From: the human T2T-CHM13v2.0 reference genome, Homo sapiens
NCBI RefSeq assembly: GCF_009914755.1
Contig: NC_060925.1
Length of the DNA stretch: 64,000 bases
Reading direction: 5' to 3' (one strand)
Numbering within the stretch: position 1 is the stretch's first letter; the number at the start of each line of letters is the position of its first letter. Below the pieces are notes generated by a model. That model was not told the origin of the DNA, searched no databases, and was given only the letters and a program-made list of their open reading frames with translations. Shown one piece after another: positions 1 to 13,445 of the stretch. The position numbers and the translations under genes were made by a program.

Positions 1-12
1 CGTTCTAAATCA

Positions 13-347
<335 letters not shown>

Positions 348-857
348 TTGTTTGGCAATTACCAAGGCCACTTTCCTGGTGGAACTCAGGAAAACAATGG
401 AACAAGAGGGAAAAACCTCTAGGATTCCTTCCCATGTCTACAGAGGATCAGTCCCGCTCCTCACCTGGGCTCCCCGGGCACGGCCCCCCTCCACCTCTCC
501 AGCTTTAGCTTCTGCTGCCATTCTTCTTCCCTTTGACTCTTAGGCCACACTCGACTACTTACATTCTCCCACTAGTCCAAGTCTTTCACATAGCTGCACC
601 TTTGCTTACAACATCCTCTCCCATTCCTGGCTATTTCCTCCTTTTTCTTTAAAACCTAGGTATCACTTCTCTAGAAGGCCCTCCTTGTCCTCTGTGTCTC
701 CCATCCTAGCATGTCACACTGTCCAAGAGTTCAGCTGTCTAACTAGACTGCCAGACACTGGGCCAGAATAATCGCTGGATTGTGCAACTTGAGTGGAGGC
801 TAACAGAGCTATAAAGTCCTGACAGAAATCAGAGAGACTTTTTTTTTTTTTTTACTA

Positions 858-1217
<360 letters not shown>

Positions 1218-1388
1218 GGACTCTAAGAGAAGGCCTGAGAGAAAAGACTTCTAATAGGTTCAGGACACATTCTTTGATAGAAGTGGCAAATTAGAAAGCT
1301 CAGGGAAAAGATGGAAATATCTTCTGTGATGGACTTGGACTTTCAGTTGAGACAGGAATGGGATGGAGTGCTAGAAAGGCAGATATGT

Positions 1389-1696
1389 GGCCGGGCATGA
1401 TGACTCACACCTGTAATCCCAGCACTTTGGGAGGCCGAGGCGGGTGGATCAACAGATCAGGAGATCGAGACCATCCTGGCTAACATGGTGAAACCCTGCC
1501 TGTACTAAAAAATACAAAAAATTAGCTGGGCATGGTGGCAGGTGCCTGTAGTCCCAGCTACTTGGGAGGCTGAGGCAGGAGAATTGGCGTGAACCCGGGA
1601 GGCAGAGCTTCCAGTGAGCCAAGATCGTGCCACTGCACTCCAGCCTGGACGACAGAGCAAGACTCCGTCTCAAAAAAAAAAAAAAAAAAAAAAAAG
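1389..1696 (+). mobile_element. AluY-like
   Basis: gagatcgagaccatcctggctaac diagnostic; TSD aaaggcagatat. Confidence 0.9.
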
Positions 1697-2844
1697 GCAG
1701 ATATTCAACGGCTGTATAGAGTATGGCAGGCTGTGGTTTTTTCAAAGACTTCAGAAGAAGTGAAATATTCCTTTGAGATACACAATTAAAACTAACAGCA
1801 AGGCAGCTTCTTCTGAGATGTATTCATTCCACAAGCTGAGAGTGGGCAGCAGTCTCTCCAACGGGGCATTTTCAAGCAAATGGGATCTGATGCTCCTCTC
1901 TGGATAGAAGGAGAGACCACCCCTAGGTGCTCCCCTGCCCTGTGACCCTCAGACTACCTTGGTGCCAGCCCAAGGCAGTGCGGCCCAAACACTGTGAAGT
2001 CTTTTGAGAACCTCCAGGTTGAGTACAACCTCACTGACTTTTTTCATTAAGAACAAAAGCTTAATTTTCATAAACACCTTTTCCAGGAGCACCAAGCTAG
2101 CCCTCTTTCAACACCAGCAAAATGGAGAAAAGGAAAATCTAAACAGTATCCAACCTAGGTTTTCCAGATTTTGTCAGTTAATTCCCATTTTTAAGGTCAC
2201 TCTGCTCACTGAAAGGCAGAAGAAGGATTTAAAAGCCTCTTTCAGAGAAGGCAATACCATTTTAGTCCTCCACATCCTTCATGGTTTTCTCTACTGGCTT
2301 AGCTGTGCTCAAAACAAGGACTTCTTTTTCCTTCATTTAGATATTCAGAATCTAGGACATCATAAGGTTGTGGATGTTTTAGAAAATAGATAATCTTCTG
2401 GCATGAGAAATATCCTTAATTAGCTATTTTTCCTCAAAACTGGAGGGGGGGTGAGTATTGACATTTGGGTAGCTTATGCAATTCAAGAGCTTCTGTCTTC
2501 TGTCTTCAAGTATTGCCTTATGTTAGAAATAAGTTTCCAGAAAATAAATGTCAAAGACCAGACACTCATGCTAAAGGCTAGATGCTTCCAATACAAACTT
2601 ACGAACCTCCTCCTACCTTTCCTAAAAGGGACTGTTACATGGGGTACAAATATGAATGATTAATTTATTTTCTGCCCACATATAAGAATCAATTCATAAC
2701 ACTTTCCTGTTTGGGTGAGCTACTGGGAAGAATAAACAAAAGCTGGCTAGAACTCCACAAAGTTCCACTGTTCTTTTGTGCTTTCTCTGCTGCACTGTTA
2801 CATGAGAGTTCCAAGGCAGCAGGGTCACGTGGGATGCTATACAT

Positions 2845-3198
2845 CAGTGGTCCCCAATCTTTTTGGCACTAGGGACTGGTTTCGTGGAAGACAATTTTTC
2901 TATGGACCAGGGTGGGGGTGGGGAGATGGGGGATGGTTTTGAGGTAAAACTGTTCCACCTCAGATCTTCAGGCAGTACTTAGATTCTCACAAGGAGCACG
3001 CAACCTAGATCCCTCACATGTGCAGTTCACAACAGGGTTCACACTCCTGTGAGGATCTAATGCTGCCACCGATCTGACAGGAGGCAGAGCTCAGGCGGTA
3101 ATGCTCACTCACCTGCCACTCACCTCCTGCTGTATGGCCCTATTCCTAACAGGCCATGGACAAGTACAGGTCTGCAGCCTGGGGATTAGGGACCCCTG
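2845..3198 (+). mobile_element. MER1B-like hAT non-autonomous DNA transposon
   Basis: TIRs cagtggtcccc...gggacccctg; perfect 8-bp TSD ctatacat at 2837-2844 and 3199-3206. Confidence 0.88.
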
Positions 3199-4779
3199 CT
3201 ATACATGACTGTATGGTACATAGCACTTCTGTGGCATGTGGTTTAAGCTCAGTGTCATTTGATGGCCAGGAGATCCACTTGAAAATCCCTATTTTTAGCA
3301 GACCTTGTAGGATGCCAATATTTGGGGCCAGAGTCTCGTTACTAAAATGAATGCTATGGAGCTAAGGCTGCGGTGCCCAGCTGGGCTAGACATTTGCAAA
3401 AAGAGAGCAGACTGGCAGACAGTGCCAATTCTCAACAGAATCTTTTGATTAGAATGCCAAGTTGCTATAAGGGTATCAGTAACATCCTCACCCTTTAGCA
3501 GGCAAAGGAGGCTGGGTATGTGAGAAAACAAACTCTGATCCACCTGATCCTCCACTGCTTTTTGATTCTGAGAAAAAAAAAAATTGTTCAGTAACTCCAG
3601 CTGCCTGAACAGAAATTACTTTCTGAGGAGCTAGAAGCCCTGACTGGAAAAGAGCTCTGGGGGATTATGGCATGGGAGGAGAGCTGTCAGGCATCAGGCT
3701 TATGTGGGAAGGACCCACGCTGACTACAACAGTACAAGTAACTGCCTGAGTGGCTCCATAACATGGAAACAGCAATCGTATGTTCCAAAGACAGAGTTAC
3801 TGTTTTAAGGACAGAGGAACCTTTGTATAGATTCTTAGTGAAAAGCTTATTTTAAGGATGTTTGCTGAAACTCCATGTTTTTCACATTTCTTTTCAAAAG
3901 AGCATTGTCCTTCATATATAGTACATGAAAAATTACAATATTCATGTTTTTTAGATACAAAGTCATATACAAATAGAGGAGGAATAATTTCAAATTGCAA
4001 ACCATACCAGCAAAGAAAGAGGGAAATGAGACTCTAGATATGGATTTATTAGGTGACAGGGATTCTTTTCTCTATATTTTAATATATTTTCCAAGTTTTG
4101 AACCACGGGCTAAGGATGGGCCTGTTCTCTGTCCTGCCTAGAAACTGACAGAAGCATGGGTGACCAATCCCAGACATGCTTGGCACTGCTGAGTTTTCAT
4201 CTCTGTTGTAATCTTCTGACACCTCCTTGCAAAATATCAAGTGTTATATGCTAATACTGGCCCTCTCTTTGTTGAAGGAGAAAGCATGTAAAAAGACAAC
4301 TGTCCAAACCCTGTGGCTACAAAGTCTTTTTTTGGCTTCCTAAGAGATTTACTCTATTCTTCTATTTCTAGAACTTTTCTAAGTTGGAAGATTTCAAATG
4401 TGAGATAGTGTTAGATCCAGGTTGAGTAAGGATTTTATAAAATACTAAATAATGATCAGAGATGGGAATAATCAGCCTAGATAAAAGCATATTCAGCAGG
4501 ATGTCAAAATATACCAGATCCTCATATAAACAGCATGGATTACATTAACAGGCCTCCCTGGGTGAGTAGCGTCTCTTTCGCCTACCTTACGCTCACCCCA
4601 TGGTTATATAACCTTTTGAACGGAATTTGGAAATTCTTCTGACCCTGTCCTGCTTGCTGATAGACTTGAGCCAGTGGCTGGCAGGGGCATAATCTAATAG
4701 GCGAAACTGGAAACACACAAATTCACAGTCCTCTTGTCTTAGCCCAGAGACTGTACAGGCAAGGAAAGAAAGACTCGCC

Positions 4780-4960
4780 CCATCTCCCTCCTCCCCTCCT
4801 CTGGCCTAAGTTGCCGCTGACTTCACCCAACAGGCACCTGACCCTCCCAGATGAGCTGGGAGGGGCTAAAGCCTGGTGCAGCCATGGTAGGGGTGGAGGT
4901 ACAGGCAGCAAACAATATTTAAGATGCTGACTTGTGGAGCATTCGGGCTTGGAAGGAAAG
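4780..4960 (+). promoter_or_regulatory. ANGPTL7: Putative ANGPTL7 proximal promoter
   Basis: TATA-like TATTTAAG at 4916-4923 about 250 nt upstream of the ATG, no ATG between 4927 and 5169, adjacent GCAAACA/AACAAT motifs, CCCCTCC boxes near 4785-4800. Confidence 0.5.
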
Positions 4961-5169
4961 CTATAGGCTACCCATTCAGCTCCCCTGTCAGAGACTCAAG
5001 CTTTGAGAAAGGCTAGCAAAGAGCAAGGAAAGAGAGAAAACAACAAAGTGGCGAGGCCCTCAGAGTGAAAGCGTAAGGTTCAGTCAGCCTGCTGCAGCTT
5101 TGCAGACCTCAGCTGGGCATCTCCAGACTCCCCTGAAGGAAGAGCCTTCCTCACCCAAACCCACAAAAG

Positions 5170-5545
5170 ATGCTGAAAAAGCCTCTCTCAGCTGTGACCT
5201 GGCTCTGCATTTTCATCGTGGCCTTTGTCAGCCACCCAGCGTGGCTGCAGAAGCTCTCTAAGCACAAGACACCAGCACAGCCACAGCTCAAAGCGGCCAA
5301 CTGCTGTGAGGAGGTGAAGGAGCTCAAGGCCCAAGTTGCCAACCTTAGCAGCCTGCTGAGTGAACTGAACAAGAAGCAGGAGAGGGACTGGGTCAGCGTG
5401 GTCATGCAGGTGATGGAGCTGGAGAGCAACAGCAAGCGCATGGAGTCGCGGCTCACAGATGCTGAGAGCAAGTACTCCGAGATGAACAACCAAATTGACA
5501 TCATGCAGCTGCAGGCAGCACAGACGGTCACTCAGACCTCCGCAG
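5170..5545 (+). CDS. ANGPTL7: ANGPTL7 coding exon 1 (signal peptide + coiled coil)
   Basis: ATG at 5170, MLKKPLSAVTWLCIFIVAFVSHPAWL...TQTSA; donor G|gtaag at 5546; 376 nt. Confidence 0.98.
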
Positions 5546-7859
5546 GTAAGGAGACCAGTCCCCTGAGGGAGCGTGGAGTGCCTCCCCATCTACAGCACTG
5601 CTTCTACATATCCTGGTCATCAGAACCACTACTGGGGCCTCTTTTGTGGGTACACTTTCCCTTTAGTAAAGGCTTATGCAGTATTTCCTTTGACTTCTAA
5701 TGCTATGTAAGTTTACCTAACACCTTCACGGGTCTCTTTTATCCACACAGTGTTTCAGCCTACCATCTTGGAGTGCTGAGATACTACATGGTTTGCCCAA
5801 AGTCACCCAGCAAGTCTTAGAAGCAGGGTTCAAGTCTTCCTGATTGGTGTAGCTCTGCTACTTCCTCACCAAGAGCTGACAGGCTATATCTCAAGAAATT
5901 CCAAGGAAGCACCAAACTGTAACAGCTGTTCCTCTGGAAGCAAAGTTTTGCCAGAAACAGTTCTCTGGTGTTCCTAAGATTTACCAGGAATGAGCATTAA
6001 TGGAATTTTGTGTCCTCTCTCTGTAAACGTAACTCTTCTCATTGGCTCAGAGTTAAGTGTAGAGACACATAACCATGTGAAGAGTCCCTTTGTGTTCAGG
6101 AAGGATGCGGCTCCTTAAGGTTCCTCAATTGTGATACGTCTATTTTTTTCCATGGTCTTAAATGAATTTCTCCGAATACAGGATTTTTTAAATGCAATGC
6201 TGAAATATAGACTTAATAGGCCAAAAATAAGATAAATTTAATCTTTCTTTTGCAAAATAACTTTTATTTCTGGTTAGCTCAGCTCAGGTGGGCCAACATG
6301 AATTTACGGTTTAGAGATAAAAATTTGGTTTTCTGAAATTATCAGGAAAATATTAGTTGTAAGGAGCATATCCTATAGACATGTCATTTCTTGCTGATAT
6401 AAAAACCATTGGTCCCATTATAAACTACATGAAGAACAAAGACATGATCAGCTTCTACTGACTAAGTCAATGGTTAACCTCAGCTCAAATTAAGAAAAAG
6501 TTTTAACATGAAACCAAGCTTGAAAATTCTGTTACCTGAACCAACATGTATCAATCACTTTCTAAGCATGGACTTCCGGGCCCTCAGTTTGGGATTAGAA
6601 AGGTATTCTCAGGCCATTTTCCAGACAAGTGAGTCCTGATTTGGTCTGTGAGATGAAACCAGACATGCGGAAGACCAGGCCAGACAGAGGAATCTGACCG
6701 TGCCACTTCCTGCTCATCCAAACAGGAGGCTTTCTCACCATCCTGCAAGGAGGTTCTTGGGGTCAAGTGCAGCTCTCCCACCAGGTCTCTTGCTCTTCTT
6801 GCCCAGGACATCATTCCTTATTTTTCTTCTCTATGACCAAGTGCTCAGTTACCCTTATATTCTATAAGTAGGTAGTCCCTTAGAGGAAGCAGTAAGTTGG
6901 TGCTTTCACCACTAAGACGAAATGAAGAATAGTGATGGCGAAGGCACACGTACTCTACCTCCCTTTCCCAAGGTGCTCTGCAAGAGAACCTATGTGCCTC
7001 AGACAACTCCCATCTGCCATCTTGGTGCTCCTCTCTAAGGTCCCAGTGCAGTGGTCACCAAGAAAAGCACCCCGAGACATAGCAGGCAGGAAGCTTCTCT
7101 TGGATAGTAAGGGCCGCAGTCTCTGAATCCTATCAGAAAAGGCTGTCTCTTCCACTATGCTCTTTGATATTTAGAATACAGAGCTTAAATCCTGCATAAA
7201 GTAGCAGCTCCATGGCCCTAGAGTAAAAAAACTGGCCAGTCTGATGCTCTCATTTCATTGTTTTAACAAAACTTCTGGGAGGAAGGCCTCAAAGGTTCTT
7301 CTGAGTGTTTTGAGGTGCTAGCTGGATGGAAGGGGAAAATATGTGATAATAAAATCTATCTCCCTTAATTATGGTCTCAGGTGGCAGTAGCCACCATCTC
7401 TGAACAACAACAAAAACAACCAACCAGGAAACATCAACAAAACCAGACTCTATGAGATATTCACGACTGATTTGTTATAGTGGCGGCTGTCTAAGAAGTC
7501 TGAATCTATCTGACAGGAGTATCTGTTACGTGGCCCTCATACACTGTAACATTTCTAGAATTCATGGCCCAGCTATAGCAGAATAATTTATTTCAGAGTT
7601 AACCTGAAACCACCTGTTGGAACGTCCCACTAATGCTATCCAGGTGAAGGGCTTCCCTACCCCTCTGCTCCACCGCTAGTAAAGCCAAAATACACCCCCT
7701 CTGGATCTCCCCATATCCACCTCTCCCAAATGCAGACACTGATGGGTAATTAACACCACTGAGAATCCCAGGGTAGAAATAAAGGCTCAGTCTCTAAACA
7801 CTCAACTCAGATGGAGCCACTGGGTCTAAATGCTCACCCTGTGGTTTGTTCTCTTGTAG

Positions 7860-7960
7860 ATGCCATCTACGACTGCTCTTCCCTCTACCAGAAGAACTAC
7901 CGCATCTCTGGAGTGTATAAGCTTCCTCCTGATGACTTCCTGGGCAGCCCTGAACTGGAG
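7860..7960 (+). CDS. ANGPTL7: ANGPTL7 exon 2 (start of fibrinogen-like domain)
   Basis: ttgtag|ATGCCATCTAC (D)AIYDCSSLYQKNYRISGVYKLPPDDFLGSPELE|gtgagg; 101 nt, phase fits exon 1. Confidence 0.97.
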
Positions 7961-8063
7961 GTGAGGTCATTACAGTCACTGGCCATGCCCTAATACCTGT
8001 CCTTCACCCCCTCAAGGGGACTACAACAACAGGGCCATTCACAGTTTAAAGAAAGGAAAATTC

Positions 8064-8358
8064 GGCTGGGCGCAGTGGCTCACACCTGTAATCCCAGCAC
8101 TATGGGAGGCCGAGGCAGGTGGATCACTTCAGGTCAGGAGTTTAAGACCAGCCTGGCCAACATGGTGAAACCCTGTCTCTACTAAAAATACAAAAAAATT
8201 AGCCAGGCATGGTGGTGGGCACCTGTAATCCCTGCTACACAGGAGGATTGCTTGAACTCAGGAGGCAGAGGTTGCAGTGAGCCGAGATCACGCCACTGCA
8301 CTATAATCTGGGAGACAAAGTGAGACTCCATTTCAATTAAAAAAAAAAAAAAAAAAAA
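8064..8358 (+). mobile_element. AluS-like (ANGPTL7 intron 2)
   Basis: Alu consensus with small right-arm deletion. Confidence 0.88.
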
Positions 8359-8620
8359 GGAAAACTCAAACACAAGCAAACACACCAAACACCACAGAGC
8401 TATGCAAACACTCAGTTTATGCCCTGCACTCCAAACCCAGGCATCTGTTTGGCCCCTTCAAATCATTATCAGTCAAACAACAAGCCTTCTAACATAGATC
8501 AGATCATTCTTATAACCACCACATAACTTAGTTTAAATCTCTTGCCATGTCCTAGAACAGCTATTCCTTGGGGGAGGAGAAAAGAAAACACGAAGGCAGC
8601 ATCAAATTATCTGGATTTTC

Positions 8621-8913
8621 ACCCAGGCATGGTGGCTCACACCTGTAATCCCAAGTTTTTTGGGAGGTGAGGTGGGCGGAACAATCACCTGAGGTCAGGA
8701 CTTTGAGACCAGCCTGGCCAACATGCTGAAACCCAGTCTCTACTAAAAATACAAAAATTAGCCCAGTGTGGTGACAGGCACTCTGGTCCCAGCTACTAGG
8801 AAGGCAGGAGAATCACTGGAACTCAGGAGGTGGAGGTTGCAGTGAGCCGAGATTGCACCACTGTACTCTAGCCTGGGCAACAAGAGTGAAATTCTGCTTC
8901 AAAAAAAAAAAAA
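8621..8913 (+). mobile_element. AluS-like (ANGPTL7 intron 2)
   Basis: Alu consensus; TSD tatctggatttt. Confidence 0.88.
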
Positions 8914-9169
8914 GTATCTGGATTTTTCCCTCCAAGCTTCATGTGCACTCACCCCCGGGCCCAATTTGCATCGTTCTTCCAGAGCAATGCACCACCCACC
9001 CCAGCTCACCAGCAGTGGGGCAGCATCACTGCCCGAGTGAGCCAGTGTGACTGCGGGAGTGCACACATCTACTGGCTCTGCAGGGACAGGAACAGGTTGG
9101 GAAGCCTGCCCTCTTGCTCCTGCCTTCTGCCCCTGCAAGTCCCTCACCAGAGTATCCCCTCTGCTTCAG

Positions 9170-9364
9170 GTGTTCTGTGACATGGAGACTTCAGGCGGAG
9201 GCTGGACCATCATCCAGAGACGAAAAAGTGGCCTTGTCTCCTTCTACCGGGACTGGAAGCAGTACAAGCAGGGCTTTGGCAGCATCCGTGGGGACTTCTG
9301 GCTGGGGAACGAACACATCCACCGGCTCTCCAGACAGCCAACCCGGCTGCGTGTAGAGATGGAG
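9170..9364 (+). CDS. ANGPTL7: ANGPTL7 exon 3
   Basis: ttcag|[21 protein letters not shown]...[13 protein letters not shown]...RVEME|gtaagc; FReD motifs; 195 nt. Confidence 0.98.
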
Positions 9365-10050
9365 GTAAGCACAAGGCCAGGGGCCCCATGACTGGACCAG
9401 TGCCACCACACATGACCGCGTACAACTCCGGGGGTGCCATTCCTATTCTGATTCAAGACAAATCTGTATATTCATTGTGATGGTTTTCCTGCAAGTTGTA
9501 ATGGAGTTGAGGAAAAATAGGTATTTTTCCTTTCTGCAACCCCCCCAACCCCCCGACAAAAGTGGGGCTGCAGGTGGGACAGGAAGAGGCCAGACCCAGG
9601 CCAGAGTAGAGCAAATTCAACAGTCAGCTGTGCCGAACACTAGTCTCTGCTCTGGCCGAGCATGAGGTCCTTTAGGTGCAAATCTTACTGATACTGTTTG
9701 GGGACCCTTGCTGAAGGTCTGAAAGCACTCACTATATCCTCATGTTTCTCTTACAGCAGCTCTGTGTGGGATTCAGCAAAAACATAGCTGCACCTTATAA
9801 GCAGGAAAGTGAGGAATATAGAAAGAGAGACTAATCAAGGCCATATGGTGAATCAGGAAAGAAGTTCGAGCCTTGTTTTCTGATTCCCAGGTTAACACAG
9901 TAAACTGGAGGTAAACAAGTAATAAAGTCTTATTAGATTCACACCTATAAAAAGATGTTTGGCTATGGGACTGTCAGGAGAGAAGGGGTATAGAGACAGC
10001 ATGAAATGGAGCCTGCTGCACTTTCTTTAAGGCTCTGCTCCTCCTGACAG

Positions 10051-10249
10051 GACTGGGAGGGCAACCTGCGCTACGCTGAGTATAGCCACTTTGTTTTGGG
10101 CAATGAACTCAACAGCTATCGCCTCTTCCTGGGGAACTACACTGGCAATGTGGGGAACGACGCCCTCCAGTATCATAACAACACAGCCTTCAGCACCAAG
10201 GACAAGGACAATGACAACTGCTTGGACAAGTGTGCACAGCTCCGCAAAG
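10051..10249 (+). CDS. ANGPTL7: ANGPTL7 exon 4
   Basis: gacag|DWEGNLRYAEYSHFVLGNELNSYRL...FSTKDKDNDNCLDKCAQLRK G|gtgaga; 199 nt. Confidence 0.97.
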
Positions 10250-10443
10250 GTGAGATTTGGGGGGACCGGAAAGGAGAAGTTCAGGTACAAGCTCATAATC
10301 CCACTTGAGGAGAAAGAGTGAATTATAACTGTACAGTTGATATTCCGGTTTTGGTATTCTTTCTGACCCTGGCTCTAACTCCTTACCTGATGTCTGGTCT
10401 ATCACAGTCAACTTACTAGCACTGGGTCTGTTTCTCATGCCAG

Positions 10444-10613
10444 GTGGCTACTGGTACAACTGCTGCACAGACTCCAACCTCAATGGAGTGTACTACCGCC
10501 TGGGTGAGCACAATAAGCACCTGGATGGCATCACCTGGTATGGCTGGCATGGATCTACCTACTCCCTCAAACGGGTGGAGATGAAAATCCGCCCAGAAGA
10601 CTTCAAGCCTTAA
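10444..10613 (+). CDS. ANGPTL7: ANGPTL7 exon 5 coding part
   Basis: ccag|(G)GYWYNCCTDSNLNGVYYRLGEHNKHLDGITWYGWHGSTYSLKRVEMKIRPEDFKP*; TAA 10611-10613; total CDS 1041 nt = 346 aa. Confidence 0.97.
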
Positions 10614-11462
10614 AAGGAGGCTGCCGTGGAGCACGGATACAGAAACTGAGACACGTGGAGACTGGATGAGGGCAGATGAGGACAGGAAGAGAGTGTTAGA
10701 AAGGGTAGGACTGAGAAACAGCCTATAATCTCCAAAGAAAGAATAAGTCTCCAAGGAGCACAAAAAAATCATATGTACCAAGGATGTTACAGTAAACAGG
10801 ATGAACTATTTAAACCCACTGGGTCCTGCCACATCCTTCTCAAGGTGGTAGACTGAGTGGGGTCTCTCTGCCCAAGATCCCTGACATAGCAGTAGCTTGT
10901 CTTTTCCACATGATTTGTCTGTGAAAGAAAATAATTTTGAGATCGTTTTATCTATTTTCTCTACGGCTTAGGCTATGTGAGGGCAAAACACAAATCCCTT
11001 TGCTAAAAAGAACCATATTATTTTGATTCTCAAAGGATAGGCCTTTGAGTGTTAGAGAAAGGAGTGAAGGAGGCAGGTGGGAAATGGTATTTCTATTTTT
11101 AAATCCAGTGAAATTATCTTGAGTCTACACATTATTTTTAAAACACAAAAATTGTTCGGCTGGAACTGACCCAGGCTGGACTTGCGGGGAGGAAACTCCA
11201 GGGCACTGCATCTGGCGATCAGACTCTGAGCACTGCCCCTGCTCGCCTTGGTCATGTACAGCACTGAAAGGAATGAAGCACCAGCAGGAGGTGGACAGAG
11301 TCTCTCATGGATGCCGGCACAAAACTGCCTTAAAATATTCATAGTTAATACAGGTATATCTATTTTTATTTACTTTGTAAGAAACAAGCTCAAGGAGCTT
11401 CCTTTTAAATTTTGTCTGTAGGAAATGGTTGAAAACTGAAGGTAGATGGTGTTATAGTTAAT

Positions 11463-11590
11463 AATAAATGCTGTAAATAAGCATCTCACTTTGTAAAAAT
11501 AAAATATTGTGGTTTTGTTTTAAACATTCAACGTTTCTTTTCCTTCTACAATAAACACTTTCAAAATGTGAGTATCTTCTTTTTAAATTC
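11463..11590 (+). terminator. ANGPTL7: ANGPTL7 polyadenylation signals (three AATAAA) with downstream U-rich element
   Basis: AATAAA at 11463, 11498 and 11550; GT/T-rich tract after about 11567. Confidence 0.75.
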
Positions 11591-12162
11591 TTACCATTAC
11601 CACTTACAGCAGGATAAAAAGTTAAAGTTAAATCAGAGGGTGAGCAGTGACAGAGGCCCGGGGTTTGTTTTGGTGTTCAGGGCAACCAAGCGGGGAGCAG
11701 AAGCCAAAAGGGAACAGGTAAGGGACAAAAGGGCAGCAACCAGGACAATTCTTCATAAAGGGGATTACACGTCTGGGGCTGGGCAGTGAAGGCATCCAGC
11801 CTTATCAGACCCTCTATTCTACTTAGGATAGAGAAGCAAAAACAGGCCAGCAGACCTTACCCTAATGCTCGGGGCTAACCAAGTAAAAGTGGTGTGTGTG
11901 CGCTTTCTAACAAATAACCACTCAATCCTCTGTCCCCAAGAAAGCAAATATATTTACTGATATGTGAGCTTTAAGGAGATGGGGGTAGTTTATACTATCT
12001 CAGTGTTAGCCCTGATTTGGGATTACATCTCGGATTTAATTTGCCCTGTAGCAGATAGGTTAAAAAAGTCAATAGGTTGCAAGACGGATTGAACTAGTAG
12101 CAAGAGAACAATACTGTCAACAGAACACAGTTTTTTAAAGCAAAGACAAAAAAATAAGAAAT

Positions 12163-12501
<339 letters not shown>

Positions 12502-13142
12502 CTACCCTAATTGTTTCAAAAAGAATTTAGGGAAGTTGACTCAAATGTATATACTAAAATAAGCTCTGAAAAAGCAGACAACTTGGTGAAGGGAAAATAA
12601 GAGTAGGAAAAATAAAACAAAGCCTGTGGGGGTTGGGGGAGGGTTAGTAGTAAAAACAGGTAAGATGTCTGGAATTTGTTGGAGGTAGACCAGGAATTTA
12701 GCTTCAAGCTCTCTAGCAGCCACTGTGAGGAAGGAATTCAATCCCTTACTGCAAAGCGATGTCTCCAAGGCCAGATCCAAGTAGTGGCTCAGGGACATAA
12801 AACCAACAGTGGGAAAAGACCCCTGAGAAGAATTTCCATGAGGCTCACCCACAGAACTAGGGGTAGTGCTATGAGCAACTTTGTCTAAGGCTGTTTCTTA
12901 AAACTTCCTTCAGTAAAGACGACAGTATACCACCACAACCGGGCTTAGGAAAAGCAGCTTTACAAAATCAGAAGTAAAAACTGCAATTGGAAGCAAAAAA
13001 AGAAAGGTGATGGGAAGACACAGGAGACCAGCAGAAGGGAGGCAGAAATGCAAGCTGAGCTGACTTAGCTGAGGACACCCAAAGAGCCGAGCACACTGGC
13101 TTTCCCCAGTAACAGCATTCATTCATTCACTCATTCATTCAC

Positions 13143-13445
<303 letters not shown>

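Noticed and set aside
2004-2393. 129-aa ORF upstream of ANGPTL7
   Set aside because: TTG start, AT-rich composition, no homology recognised
4561-4598. Imperfect hairpin with opposed splice-donor-like motifs (gggtgagtagcgt/acgctcaccc)
   Set aside because: Short bulged stem and no supportable partner acceptor
4924-5016. 30-codon ORF upstream of and in frame with the ANGPTL7 ATG, sharing the aagatgctga context
   Set aside because: Its ATG abuts the TATA-like element and so probably lies upstream of the TSS; relevant only if CAGE shows a more 5' start
5151-5589. 126-aa and 133-aa minus-strand ORFs over ANGPTL7 exon 1
   Set aside because: Antisense shadows of a GC3-rich coding exon; no match to mTOR or any recognisable protein
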